The notes below the pieces were generated by a model. The model saw nothing but the letters and a program-made list of their open reading frames with translations, was not told the origin of the DNA and did no database searches. The translations under genes were made by a program, and so were the position numbers. Positions 40,301 to 48,079 of a DNA stretch of 64,000 nt are shown here, one piece after another (positions within the stretch are counted from its first letter, which is position 1; each line of letters starts with the position of its first letter). This DNA is from a bacterium DOLZORAL124_38_8 (GTDB taxonomy: Bacteria > Patescibacteriota > Gracilibacteria > UBA4473). The stretch covers positions 183,216 through 247,215 of the forward strand of contig PDQG01000004.1 of the NCBI GenBank assembly GCA_002747745.1, written 5' to 3'.

Positions 40301-41648
40301 GACAGCTGCTACAGGAGAAAACATTGCGAAGGCAGATGTTGATGTAAACGTAGCAGAAAGTCCAGACTTTGTAGCTTACAAATCATTGTTGAGCTTGAAG
40401 AATAACGGAAAATTTGCCTTGAATGACACTGGTGTAAAACACAAAGTTGCGTCTTTCAAAGCAGTAGCTGACGGAGAAATAGAACTAGGAAAATTTGCTG
40501 TTAGAGCAACATTCCATAATGTAAAAGTTAAAGAAGGGGTATTACCTAAAAAAGCTGTAACACAAGCTGTTGATGCTGCAACAGAAGTGGCTAAATTAGA
40601 TGCTTCAGCAGTAGTTGATGCGGTAGCAGAAATTCCTGCTGGACCAGAAGTAACAAAACTATCATTTAGTGGTAATGCCACAAAAGATGGTGTAATTACG
40701 GTTAACTTAGCTGGAACTACTATTACTACAGATGTAGCATTTGGTTCATCTAATACTGATATTGCGACAGCGGTTGCAACAAAAATTAATGATAACGCTA
40801 ATTTTGCAGCAGAAGTTGTTACACCTGCTAACGTAGTTAAAGTAACTTCTGTTGCTACAACAGAACAAACTGATGCTACGGTTGATACAAATGGTACCGG
40901 TACAACAGCTGGTGTAATGGTTGCTCAACAAGGTGGAGTAGTAACTCCAGCAGTAGCATCTAATGTTAAAGCTGGAACTTTGAAAATTTCTCTAAATGGA
41001 GCTGCTTCAGTAGATGTAGCAATTACAGATGGAATGACAAAATCTGCGTTGTTGACAGCTGTTCAAGGAAAGGCATACACAAACTACTCAGCAGCAATTG
41101 CAGGAGATACAGTAGAATTCACTGCTACTGGAGCCAATGCAGATAGCGATCAAACTGATATTGTGATGAGCTTTGAACCAACAAATGCTGGTGATACATT
41201 GCCTGTTACAGCTTCTGTTAAAACACAAGGGGCTACGGCTGTTGCACCTGGAGCAGCTACACCAGGAACTGGTACATACTTCTTGTTGACAGAAGGTGGG
41301 GATGCTGATGTTGTTTATGCTCGGTATGCTGTATCAGCAGATGATGTTGAAAATGAAGTTGTTAAGTTTGAATTACCAGCAAATCATAACATTGCAGGAG
41401 GTTCTTCTCGAGTATATGACTTGTACTTGGTAGGATTGAAAGATGACGCTAATGATAAAACTGATTCATCAGTTTCATTCGAATTATTAGATGATTCTTC
41501 TTACTCAGCTGCAAAAAACAAAGCTGGACAATCTTCAGCAAATGTTGTTTGGTCTGATAAATCAGCGGTTGGTCACTCAGTTGACACATTTGACTGGTTG
41601 AACGGATACAAATTAGATATTGACACAGATTCTGTTACTGTAGATTAA
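37383..41648 (+). CDS. S-layer-type surface protein with three N-terminal SLH domains
   Basis: Signal peptide 'LSSVALAALALTFTSVNA'. Three SLH repeats ('FPDVKEGAWFYDYVNTMADKGWINGYPDGEFKPGNTINRVELAKMV' and others). 1421 aa with no Cys; Ala/Val/Thr/Asp/Lys-rich repeated beta-sandwich-like modules. Strong terminator and long leader. Confidence 0.8.
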   Translation: MNKFKTLLSSVALAALALTFTSVNAAYVDESKIPSYAKSSIEELTKQGVLRGFGNTGEFRPQNELNRAEVSKIIVLATGVELSADAASTSFPDVKEGAWFYDYVNTMADKGWINGYPDGEFKPGNTINRVELAKMVVNAFGIEKNTAGAPHFSDVTEDAWFFDYVETLYNNNIMKGFADGSFRGGENVLRAETAYVVYESQKAVADSAANAKGTLEVELSSKTAKGMKIPYNSTAVPFTTVEFTASDDADVKISGITVNRLGLGDHDDFSKVWLEIDGFKIGNDKSVNSNDQAELTFSPAIVVPAGKTLVADIVASMDGKADTNDKPFDLGHVNRLAIVSAESITSSASNVVGQFTIEGEEMEVANYKVTNLEFTPFTSNADVEVGDQFAEIGKFKLQNDSKNNKAVEVRAITLKNMGSAEIGETLENAVLYVAGKQVSVGKAIIDGDYITFRLDNGTTGGYVINDGLTKIFSVRADIVMAEKKDTVQFKIDNYEDVVAIEASTAFGVRTVVGTKDAEDAPTEMGVFTIKSGDLNVSRDPSSLASQDVAQTTNDVQLLKARVVAEQGVAVDGVKVKAKVENKGGVAPFKNFKLYVNGKLVDSVEKVEGGYLDFSSAFELTGTSVLEVKANVDTKAKNDAFIKLDLMANDFDAPEYISNGDVIDSKYGSASGSVVTVMSSKIKLTRVDSMKNEKAVAGVKSLEILKFNIDNNKGGDVLVSNVELEVALGGKAAADAGNFQMGLFADGVQIAGTRNLTETTSGNAKVSFGDVSIIVPSNGYKKVTVAMDTNNSVTDGTGADDTLKITKVVVEATNQLNGKEVTVDGGNTLESALFTFSNSGKLTVTESGLTNELKSAAVKAGASKVDVFKFSVKSDYDKVEVSDFYMKNVTNSDNFKNLGQVYELVDPSGNVVASDTMTDNKLHFSLSNKAIVSSSEQVYTVRMNVGSIANATATAAHLKLVIDQSVEEKGIEATTAATGENIAKADVDVNVAESPDFVAYKSLLSLKNNGKFALNDTGVKHKVASFKAVADGEIELGKFAVRATFHNVKVKEGVLPKKAVTQAVDAATEVAKLDASAVVDAVAEIPAGPEVTKLSFSGNATKDGVITVNLAGTTITTDVAFGSSNTDIATAVATKINDNANFAAEVVTPANVVKVTSVATTEQTDATVDTNGTGTTAGVMVAQQGGVVTPAVASNVKAGTLKISLNGAASVDVAITDGMTKSALLTAVQGKAYTNYSAAIAGDTVEFTATGANADSDQTDIVMSFEPTNAGDTLPVTASVKTQGATAVAPGAATPGTGTYFLLTEGGDADVVYARYAVSADDVENEVVKFELPANHNIAGGSSRVYDLYLVGLKDDANDKTDSSVSFELLDDSSYSAAKNKAGQSSANVVWSDKSAVGHSVDTFDWLNGYKLDIDTDSVTVD

Positions 41649-41702
41649 TTTATTTTACCTACATAGAATCGTAGAAATACTCTAAGGCGTTTCTGACGAA
41701 AA

Positions 41703-41735
41703 ACACTCACACGCTTGCGTGTGGGTGTTTTTTTT
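41703..41735 (+). terminator. intrinsic terminator after the S-layer gene
   Basis: acactcacacg-cttg-cgtgtgggtgt hairpin followed by a T8 run. Confidence 0.85.
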
Positions 41736-41779
41736 GTACTTAAAATCCCCCTTCTTATTTTAAGAGGAGAATTAGAAAA

Positions 41780-41817
41780 CTCCTCGTCCAAAGTGTGTAT
41801 AAGAAATGACGAGGTCT
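41780..41817 (+). repeat. 38-bp hairpin-containing direct repeat, copy A (upstream of the GIY-YIG gene)
   Basis: ctcctcgtccaaagtgtgtataagaaatgacgaggtct; internal inverted repeat cctcgtc/gacgagg. 36 of 38 positions are identical to copy B. Confidence 0.85.
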
Positions 41818-41862
41818 TTGCTTAGATTTGATTTTAATATATTTTTCAAATATTATTTATCT

Positions 41863-42144
41863 ATGCATTGTGTTTATATTATGACAAATATATATAATAC
41901 AACTTTTTATGTTGGCAGAACTTCGTGTTTGGAACGAAGAGTTTTTGAACATAAATTGGGGTTTGTAGAGGGGTTTACCAAAAAATATAAATGCACGAAG
42001 CTGGTTTATTTTGAATGTTGTGATGATTTTTATGCAACGTTAGAGCGTGAGCGAAAAATAAAAAAATATCCAAGACATTGGAAATTAAGACTTATTGAAA
42101 CAAAGAATCCTCAGTGGGATGATTTATCTGAATTCATTTCGTAA
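41863..42144 (+). CDS. GIY-YIG nuclease family protein (small UPF0213/COG2827-like)
   Basis: From MHCVYIM: 'VYIMTN..NTTFYVGRTSCLERRVFEHK......FTKKY....LVYFE......A..RERKIKKY.R.WK..LI...NP.W.DL' matches the GIY-YIG/URI domain pattern. The track start at 41806 lies inside repeat A. Confidence 0.8.
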   Translation: MHCVYIMTNIYNTTFYVGRTSCLERRVFEHKLGFVEGFTKKYKCTKLVYFECCDDFYATLERERKIKKYPRHWKLRLIETKNPQWDDLSEFIS

Positions 42145-42198
42145 AGATTTCGTCATAAACAAACATACGGTGGACGAAAAGAGTGTATGAAAAGCCTT

Positions 42199-42236
42199 CT
42201 CCTCGTCCAAAGTGTATATAAAAAATGACGAGGTCT
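42199..42236 (+). repeat. 38-bp hairpin-containing direct repeat, copy B (downstream of the GIY-YIG gene)
   Basis: ctcctcgtccaaagtgtatataaaaaatgacgaggtct; two substitutions relative to copy A. Confidence 0.85.
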
Positions 42237-42313
42237 CAAACCTTTTGGTAAGGAGGTTTCGTCTAAACAAAGACTATATAGTTGATGAGAAGCGTTAAAA
42301 AGGTTTAAGGGAA

Positions 42314-44299
42314 TTACTTCATCTTACGTAGTTTCTCTTCGAGTAATTCGATTTCATCTCGTAAAATAGCGGCTTGTTCGAAGTCCAAATTTTGGGTCGC
42401 CAAGTCCATTTGCATTTCTAATTCCACCAATTTCGCCCCGACCTGTTCTTTTCGTGTGTATTTATCGAAGTTTTTGGTTTCTTTTTTCCCTAAACTATCG
42501 GCAATATCGGTAATCTTCTTAAAGATTGTTTGGGGGGTAATGCCATGAGCCGTGTTGTAGGCGATTTGTTTATCTCGTCGGCGGTTGGTTTCATCAATGG
42601 CTTCTTTCATGGCGGCGGTTATTTTCCGTTCATGAGAATACATATGGACTCGTCCGTTGGCGTTTCGAGCGGCTCGTCCAATAATTTGTAATAAGGCGTC
42701 TCGAGACCGCAAAAATCCTTGTTTGTCGGCGTCTAGAATGCTAATGAGTTCTACTTCGGGTAAATCAAGTCCTTCTCGGAGGAGATTAATTCCAACTACC
42801 ACATCAATGGTTCCTTTTCGGAGTTCGGTAAGAATCTCGATTCGTTCGAGGGTTTCAATGTCAGAATGGAGGTATTTGGTTTTAATTCCTTGTTCAATTA
42901 AGTAATCGGATAAATCTTCGGCGTTTTTCTTGGTAACGGTGGTAATTAAACACCGTGCCCCATTTTTGATAGTAGCTTTTACTTCTTGTAAAACGTCATC
43001 AATGGCGTGAGCCGAATCACGGACTTCGATACGAGGATCAACCAAGCCTGTTGGCCGAATAATCTGTTCGGCAAAATCTGAGCGGTCACAGTGTTCGTAT
43101 TCGTATTTTCCAGGGGTGGCCGATACGTACACGGCTTGTTTTATTTTTTGTTCAAATTCTTCAAATTTTAACGGACGATTATCCATCGCACTTGGAAGTC
43201 GGAATCCATGTGTGATAAGTGATTCTTTTCGACTTAAATTCCCATTAAACATGCCGCCAATTTGCGGAATCGTAATGTGGCTTTCATCGATGAAACACAA
43301 AAAATCATCGGGAAAATAATCCAGCAAAGTCGTTGGTGGTTCGCCAATAGGGCTGCCGTTAATGTAACGTGTATAGTTTTCAATTCCGCTGACGTAACCC
43401 ACTTCTCGGAGCATTTCAATGTCGTATTTAGTCCGTTGTTCTAGGCGGTGAGCCCCAACAACATTTCCGTCTTTTCGCATTATTTCGAGCCGTTCAGACA
43501 GCTCTTGCTCGATTTCCTTACAAATGCTTTCAATTTTGTCTCGTTGGGTGATATTGTGTTTGGCCGGGAAGATGACAATTTCGTCGTGGTGCGCAATGAG
43601 TTCGTTGGTAAATCCGTCTACTTCTGATATTTTGTCTAAAGAGTCGCCCCAAAATTCTAACTGGTAAGCACTATCACTATTGGGTGGGAAAATCGTGACC
43701 GTGTCGCCTAACACTTCAAAGGTTCCCCGTTTGAATTCTGATTTTACTCGTTCGTATTGCAAGTCTACGAGTTTTTTTAAGAAATCCTTGCGGGCGTAAT
43801 CGCGTCCATTTTCAATGCGGAAGGCGAGTTCGGAATAATCTTTTTTGTTTCCGATTCCGTAAATACAACTTACGGAACTCACAATAATGGTGTCGCGTCG
43901 TGTTAGCAGGTTTACCGTGGCTGCGTGTCGATATTTATTAATTTCTTCGTTAATAGTCGCTTCTTTTTCAATAAACGTATCGGTTTTGGCTACGTATGCT
44001 TCTGGTTGGTAATAGTCATAATAACTGACAAAATAACTTACGGCATTGTTGGGGAAAAACTGTTGAAACTCGTTGCATAACTGGGCAGCGAGGGTTTTGT
44101 TATGCGCTAAAATAAGCGTTGGCCGTTGGGTGGCTTGAATTACTTGTGCCATCGTGAATGTTTTTCCGGTTCCCGTAGCTCCAAGCAGGGTTTGGTGGCG
44201 GAGTCCGTTTTTGAGTCCCGTCAGCAGTTTTTCAATGGCTTGGGGTTGGTCTCCCATAGGAGCAAAGTCTGAGACGAGTTCAAAAGATTTATTTTGCAT
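42314..44299 (-). CDS. uvrB: excinuclease ABC subunit B
   Basis: 'LLGATGTGKTFTMA', 'FIDESHITIPQ', helicase motifs, and the C-terminal UVR domain 'LDFEQAAILRDEI'. Confidence 0.97.
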   Translation of the reverse strand: MQNKSFELVSDFAPMGDQPQAIEKLLTGLKNGLRHQTLLGATGTGKTFTMAQVIQATQRPTLILAHNKTLAAQLCNEFQQFFPNNAVSYFVSYYDYYQPEAYVAKTDTFIEKEATINEEINKYRHAATVNLLTRRDTIIVSSVSCIYGIGNKKDYSELAFRIENGRDYARKDFLKKLVDLQYERVKSEFKRGTFEVLGDTVTIFPPNSDSAYQLEFWGDSLDKISEVDGFTNELIAHHDEIVIFPAKHNITQRDKIESICKEIEQELSERLEIMRKDGNVVGAHRLEQRTKYDIEMLREVGYVSGIENYTRYINGSPIGEPPTTLLDYFPDDFLCFIDESHITIPQIGGMFNGNLSRKESLITHGFRLPSAMDNRPLKFEEFEQKIKQAVYVSATPGKYEYEHCDRSDFAEQIIRPTGLVDPRIEVRDSAHAIDDVLQEVKATIKNGARCLITTVTKKNAEDLSDYLIEQGIKTKYLHSDIETLERIEILTELRKGTIDVVVGINLLREGLDLPEVELISILDADKQGFLRSRDALLQIIGRAARNANGRVHMYSHERKITAAMKEAIDETNRRRDKQIAYNTAHGITPQTIFKKITDIADSLGKKETKNFDKYTRKEQVGAKLVELEMQMDLATQNLDFEQAAILRDEIELLEEKLRKMK

Positions 44300-44411
44300 T
44301 TTTACGGCTTTATAACTGATGCATCATCCATATTTTTTGAGAAAACTCAAGTCTATTTTCCTCTTTCCTTTTTTCTTGTATACTGGTGGTAGATTTTTAA
44401 CTATTTTAATT

Positions 44412-45296
44412 ATGATTTTCGGAGTAATTGTTTTCTTACTGGTGGTGTGCGCTACGGGGTTTAAGATTATTCGTCCCATTGAAAAAGGGTTAGTTGAACG
44501 ATTTGGGAAATACCATCGCATGCTCGAACCAGGGCTTAACTGGGTTATTCCTTTGGTAGACAAAGTTATTCGGGTAAACATTGCTGAAACTCAAGTTGAT
44601 TTGATGAAACAATCTGTAATTACCAAAGATAATTTGAATTTGAACATTGATGGCGTGGTTTATTTTAAAGTCAATGATCCGAAAAAAGCGATTTATAACA
44701 TTAATAACTACAGTTGGGCTATTGCTTCATTGGCACAAACAACTTTGCGGTCTATTGTAGGAGAAATGGAGTTTGTCGTAGTAAATGCGCAACGTTCAAC
44801 TATTAATGCTCGTATTGAGCAAGAACTTGATGTTCAAACGGATTCTTGGGGGATAGATGTATTGCGAGTTGAATTACAAGATATTCAACCGTCGACGGAT
44901 GTGCAAATTGCGATGGATAAAGTGGTAACCGCCGAACGAGAAAAAGAGGCGCAAATCACACGGGCGATTGCTGAAAAAGAATCAAGTAAAGAAGTGGCCG
45001 AAGCTGTAGTGATTAAGGCCGAAGCGGATAAACGAGCGGCGATTGAAGCGGCGGAAGGGTTTGCCGAAGCTCGAAAAATTAAAGCTGAAGCCGAAGCGGA
45101 AGCAATTCGAAAAGTGAATAAAGCGGTAGAAGAAACCTTTAAAGAAAATTCACAGAAGTACAAATCGTTGCAGGTGACAGAAAGTTCATTGGCGCAGAAT
45201 GCAAAAATCGTTTTGACCGAAAAAGGTATTTCGCCCAGTATTATCTTTTCCGATAACGCAACGGATAAAACCGTAATTCCAGTTACAAAAAAATAA
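44412..45296 (+). CDS. SPFH/band 7 (stomatin-prohibitin) family protein
   Basis: TM anchor, then 'GFKIIRPIEKGLVERFGKYHRMLEPGLNWVIP' and 'VELQDIQP', followed by an Ala/Glu-rich coiled coil. Start at the ATG at 44412. Confidence 0.85.
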   Translation: MIFGVIVFLLVVCATGFKIIRPIEKGLVERFGKYHRMLEPGLNWVIPLVDKVIRVNIAETQVDLMKQSVITKDNLNLNIDGVVYFKVNDPKKAIYNINNYSWAIASLAQTTLRSIVGEMEFVVVNAQRSTINARIEQELDVQTDSWGIDVLRVELQDIQPSTDVQIAMDKVVTAEREKEAQITRAIAEKESSKEVAEAVVIKAEADKRAAIEAAEGFAEARKIKAEAEAEAIRKVNKAVEETFKENSQKYKSLQVTESSLAQNAKIVLTEKGISPSIIFSDNATDKTVIPVTKK

Positions 45297-45317
45297 TTTA
45301 TTAAAAAATTTATATCT

Positions 45318-45917
45318 ATGAATGATTTATTTACCGAATTAACCAAAAATATTAATGGTGATTTTGTGTCGCAAATTGCCACAAAAATTGGGGCTGATGA
45401 GTCTCAAACAAAGAAAATGATTGATATGGCTTTACCAATAATTACACAGTCTTTGGCGAAAAATTCAAAGACAAAATCAGGGGCGAAAAAATTAGAAAAA
45501 GCGCTTGAAAAGAAACACGACGGCTCTGTTTTAGAGTCTGTTTCAGATTTGATTCAACACCCAGAAGCCGGAGAAGGAGCTGGAATACTAAAACATGTTT
45601 TGGGTAAAAAGTTGTCAAAAGTAGAAGACACGGTCGCGTCTCAAGCCGGGGTTGATAAGCAACAGTCTGGAAGTGTGTTGAAAGTCTTGGCTCCTATGGT
45701 GATGGGAGCGCTTGGGAAACAAAAACAGTTGGCGGGAGTTGATGCCAAAAAAATTGTTTCTCTTTTGGAGAATGCAAACGAAAAAATGAAGGATCCAAAT
45801 AATTCTTTTGTAATGGATTTAGCCACGGCTATTTTGGATAAAGATAAAGATGGAGATATCAAAGATGATTTATTAAACATGGCAAAGAAAACTTTGCAGT
45901 CATTCTTTAAAAAGTAG
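45318..45917 (+). CDS. DUF937 domain-containing protein
   Basis: 'VSQIATKIGADESQTKKMIDMALPIITQSL' and the repeated 'VLKVLAPMVMGALGK' pattern are typical of DUF937. Confidence 0.6.
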   Translation: MNDLFTELTKNINGDFVSQIATKIGADESQTKKMIDMALPIITQSLAKNSKTKSGAKKLEKALEKKHDGSVLESVSDLIQHPEAGEGAGILKHVLGKKLSKVEDTVASQAGVDKQQSGSVLKVLAPMVMGALGKQKQLAGVDAKKIVSLLENANEKMKDPNNSFVMDLATAILDKDKDGDIKDDLLNMAKKTLQSFFKK

Positions 45918-45940
45918 TTTTTGCAAAATATTTGCTATAA

Positions 45941-45968
45941 AAATTCCGCCGACAGGCGGTTTTTTTTA
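45941..45968. terminator. bidirectional intrinsic terminator between the DUF937 gene and the deaminase gene
   Basis: aaaattccgcc-gaca-ggcggtttttttt. Confidence 0.75.
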
Positions 45969-45977
45969 ATCTGTTTT

Positions 45978-46439
45978 TTATCGTTTAAACTGTGTTTGGG
46001 CGTGTTCGTACAAATACACATGGCGGATTTTATTCTCTATCATTTTTTCCCAACAACTATGACAGCACCACCAGTGTCCCCAAAGGTATAGGTCGGCTCC
46101 ATTGGTTGAGTGTCCTTGTTTTTGAGCGTTTTTAATGGCTTTTTGTTCGGCGTGATTTTTTGGATGACAGCCTTCACAGAGTTCGTAGTCTTCGCCCGTT
46201 TTTGAGCTCAGTCGTTTTCGTTCGCAACCGTGTTGTTGATGCCAATGAGAACCGTTGGCGCCTTGTCCAATAATGGTTTCGTTTTGTACGAGCACGGCTC
46301 CCGTTGGAAAATTTGGGTCAAGAGACTCCGTTTCGGCTGCTTTTTTGGCCGCTTGTAAAAAAGGGTTTTCGAGTGAACAAAACAAAATACTTCTCCCTTC
46401 TGGTAAATACGGAAAGCGGTTTTTGCAACTATTTCGCAT
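45978..46439 (-). CDS. dCMP (deoxycytidylate) deaminase family protein
   Basis: 'HAEQKAI' and 'CCHSCWEKMI' zinc motifs (HAE...PCxxC type), plus extra Cys/His residues ('CERK...CEGCH') as in ComEB/T4 Cd-type enzymes. Confidence 0.75.
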   Translation of the reverse strand: MRNSCKNRFPYLPEGRSILFCSLENPFLQAAKKAAETESLDPNFPTGAVLVQNETIIGQGANGSHWHQQHGCERKRLSSKTGEDYELCEGCHPKNHAEQKAIKNAQKQGHSTNGADLYLWGHWWCCHSCWEKMIENKIRHVYLYEHAQTQFKR

Positions 46440-46440
46440 T

Positions 46441-47091
46441 TTAGTATTGATTGGCTTTCAGTCCTTGTATGTCGCCTTTTTTTAGGTATTCAATTTCTTC
46501 ACCGGCGTCTTTTTTGCTGACGAGTTTTCCAGCATCGGCGCCTTCATATTTGGCGGCTACTTTTCCGTGTCGGAGGGCTTCATCGCGGGTTAATTCTTGG
46601 GTAAGTTTTTGAAAAACTAGTTGGCAGATTCGTTCTCCAGGGAAAATGCGAATTATTTGCGAATTAGTTTTATTGTGAATAGGAATCATTAAGTGGCCGC
46701 TATAATGAGCATCTATAATTCCGGTCATATCAACCGACAATCCGCGCCGATTAATGGAACTTCGTGGGTATAAAACGCCCATAATGTTTGGTTCTTTCAA
46801 AGAAATTTTTTCCAGCGTGCTGGCCAGTACGTATTCACCTGGGGCCAGATCAAAAAATTGCCCTGGGGTGAGTTCGATTTTTTCATAATTATCTCCGGCC
46901 GATTCGGTTACATCAACGGTTACGATTTCGCGACCTTTGGGGGTCATTTCCCAAATTTTGGGTAAGTAGAACGTTGTTCCGAGTCGTAAATCGACGGCGT
47001 GTGGTTGGTTTTCAAATACATCAAGCGTTGGTTCGAAGATTAGTTTCTCTTCTTTGATAAGTTGTGCGATTTCGTGTCTAGTAAGAATCAT
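46441..47091 (-). CDS. dcd: dCTP deaminase family protein with C-terminal extension
   Basis: From MILTRHEI: 'IFEP......QPHAVDLRLG' and 'GIIDAHYSGHLMIPIHN' follow the dCTP deaminase/dUTPase fold pattern. Confidence 0.8.
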   Translation of the reverse strand: MILTRHEIAQLIKEEKLIFEPTLDVFENQPHAVDLRLGTTFYLPKIWEMTPKGREIVTVDVTESAGDNYEKIELTPGQFFDLAPGEYVLASTLEKISLKEPNIMGVLYPRSSINRRGLSVDMTGIIDAHYSGHLMIPIHNKTNSQIIRIFPGERICQLVFQKLTQELTRDEALRHGKVAAKYEGADAGKLVSKKDAGEEIEYLKKGDIQGLKANQY

Positions 47092-47129
47092 CGTTGCTAT
47101 AATGCGATATGTGTTGTTAAAATGCAAGT

Positions 47130-47492
47130 TTAGTATGGAGAGATATTTTGTAGGTGTTCACAAAATACTTTTTTCTGTTCCATTCTGAGGCAGATGGCTT
47201 CGAGGTGAAATTCTGGGATTTCGGAAAGGCTTTGTTGTTGGAAAAAAGCCTCAATAGCTCGAAGCATTCGTTGAATTTTTTGATTGGTAATGGCGTCTTT
47301 GGGGCTACCAAAATGGTTTGAACGTCTGGTTTTTACTTCGATGAAAGTCCATTCGTCTTGGGGGGATTTCATGATTAAATCAATTTCTCCGCCTTGAGCG
47401 TGAAAATTTGCTTGAATGAAGGTGTATCCTCGATTTTCTAAGTAGGTTTGCGCAATTTTTTCGCCGTATTGACCGAGTGTTTGGCGATCCAT
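47130..47492 (-). CDS. YraN family (UPF0102) endonuclease-like protein
   Basis: 'GEKIAQTYLENRGYTFIQANFHAQGGEIDLIM......FIEVKTR' is the canonical YraN PD-(D/E)xK pattern. Confidence 0.8.
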   Translation of the reverse strand: MDRQTLGQYGEKIAQTYLENRGYTFIQANFHAQGGEIDLIMKSPQDEWTFIEVKTRRSNHFGSPKDAITNQKIQRMLRAIEAFFQQQSLSEIPEFHLEAICLRMEQKKVFCEHLQNISPY

Positions 47493-47497
47493 GTTTT

Positions 47498-48079
47498 TTA
47501 TATTGAGGTACGAATAATTTTTTCAGTTTCTTCAATCATTGCTTTGATTTTGCCAGTTTTTGAATACACAACATGATCGTAGAGGTCAATGTGGGCGACT
47601 TCTTGGTCGTACGAAACCATGCGGGCGGCGAGTTCTTCATCTGAAATGGGCGCTCGTCCAGTAATTCGTTTGATGAGTTCTTTTTTTCCGCCTTCAATAT
47701 TTACAAAAATACTGATGTAATCGTCGCGATTAAGTTTTTCTCGAGCTTGTTTAAAGCCTTGTACGTCAAATTCTCGGATAACGATTTTGCCTTCATTTTT
47801 AGGTTGTAGTAGTTTTTCTCGTAACGTTCCATACAGGGTTTTGCCGTGTACTTCGGCAAATTCTAAAAATTCGCCAGTGGCTATTTTGTTTCGAAAAGTT
47901 GTTTCATCAATGAAAAAATACGTTTCGCCGTCTTTTTCTCCTGGTCGTGGCGTACGAGTGGTACAACTAGGTGGAAATACCCAATCAGTGTGTTTTTCTC
48001 TTAATGCATTGATAATAGTGCCCTTTCCGACCCCAGAAGGACCGGAAAAAAATATAATTTTCCCCGCTTTATTGTTCAT
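47498..48079 (-). CDS. gmk: guanylate kinase
   Basis: 'IIFFSGPSGVGKGT' P-loop, 'TTRTPRPGEKDGETYFF' and 'EFAEVHG'. Start at the ATG at 48079 (MNNKAGK), overlapping the upstream protease gene by 11 nt. Confidence 0.9.
   Translation of the reverse strand: MNNKAGKIIFFSGPSGVGKGTIINALREKHTDWVFPPSCTTRTPRPGEKDGETYFFIDETTFRNKIATGEFLEFAEVHGKTLYGTLREKLLQPKNEGKIVIREFDVQGFKQAREKLNRDDYISIFVNIEGGKKELIKRITGRAPISDEELAARMVSYDQEVAHIDLYDHVVYSKTGKIKAMIEETEKIIRTSI

Noticed and set aside
44885-45382. 165-aa antisense ORF across the SPFH gene 3' half.
   Set aside because: It lies opposite the Ala/Glu-rich coiled coil of the SPFH protein. The translation is low-complexity Ser/Ala, and it overlaps the well-supported DUF937 start.
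47117-47311. 64-aa ORF overlapping the yraN 3' part and the dcd start.
   Set aside because: It sits in an alternative frame of the well-supported YraN gene and has no motif support.
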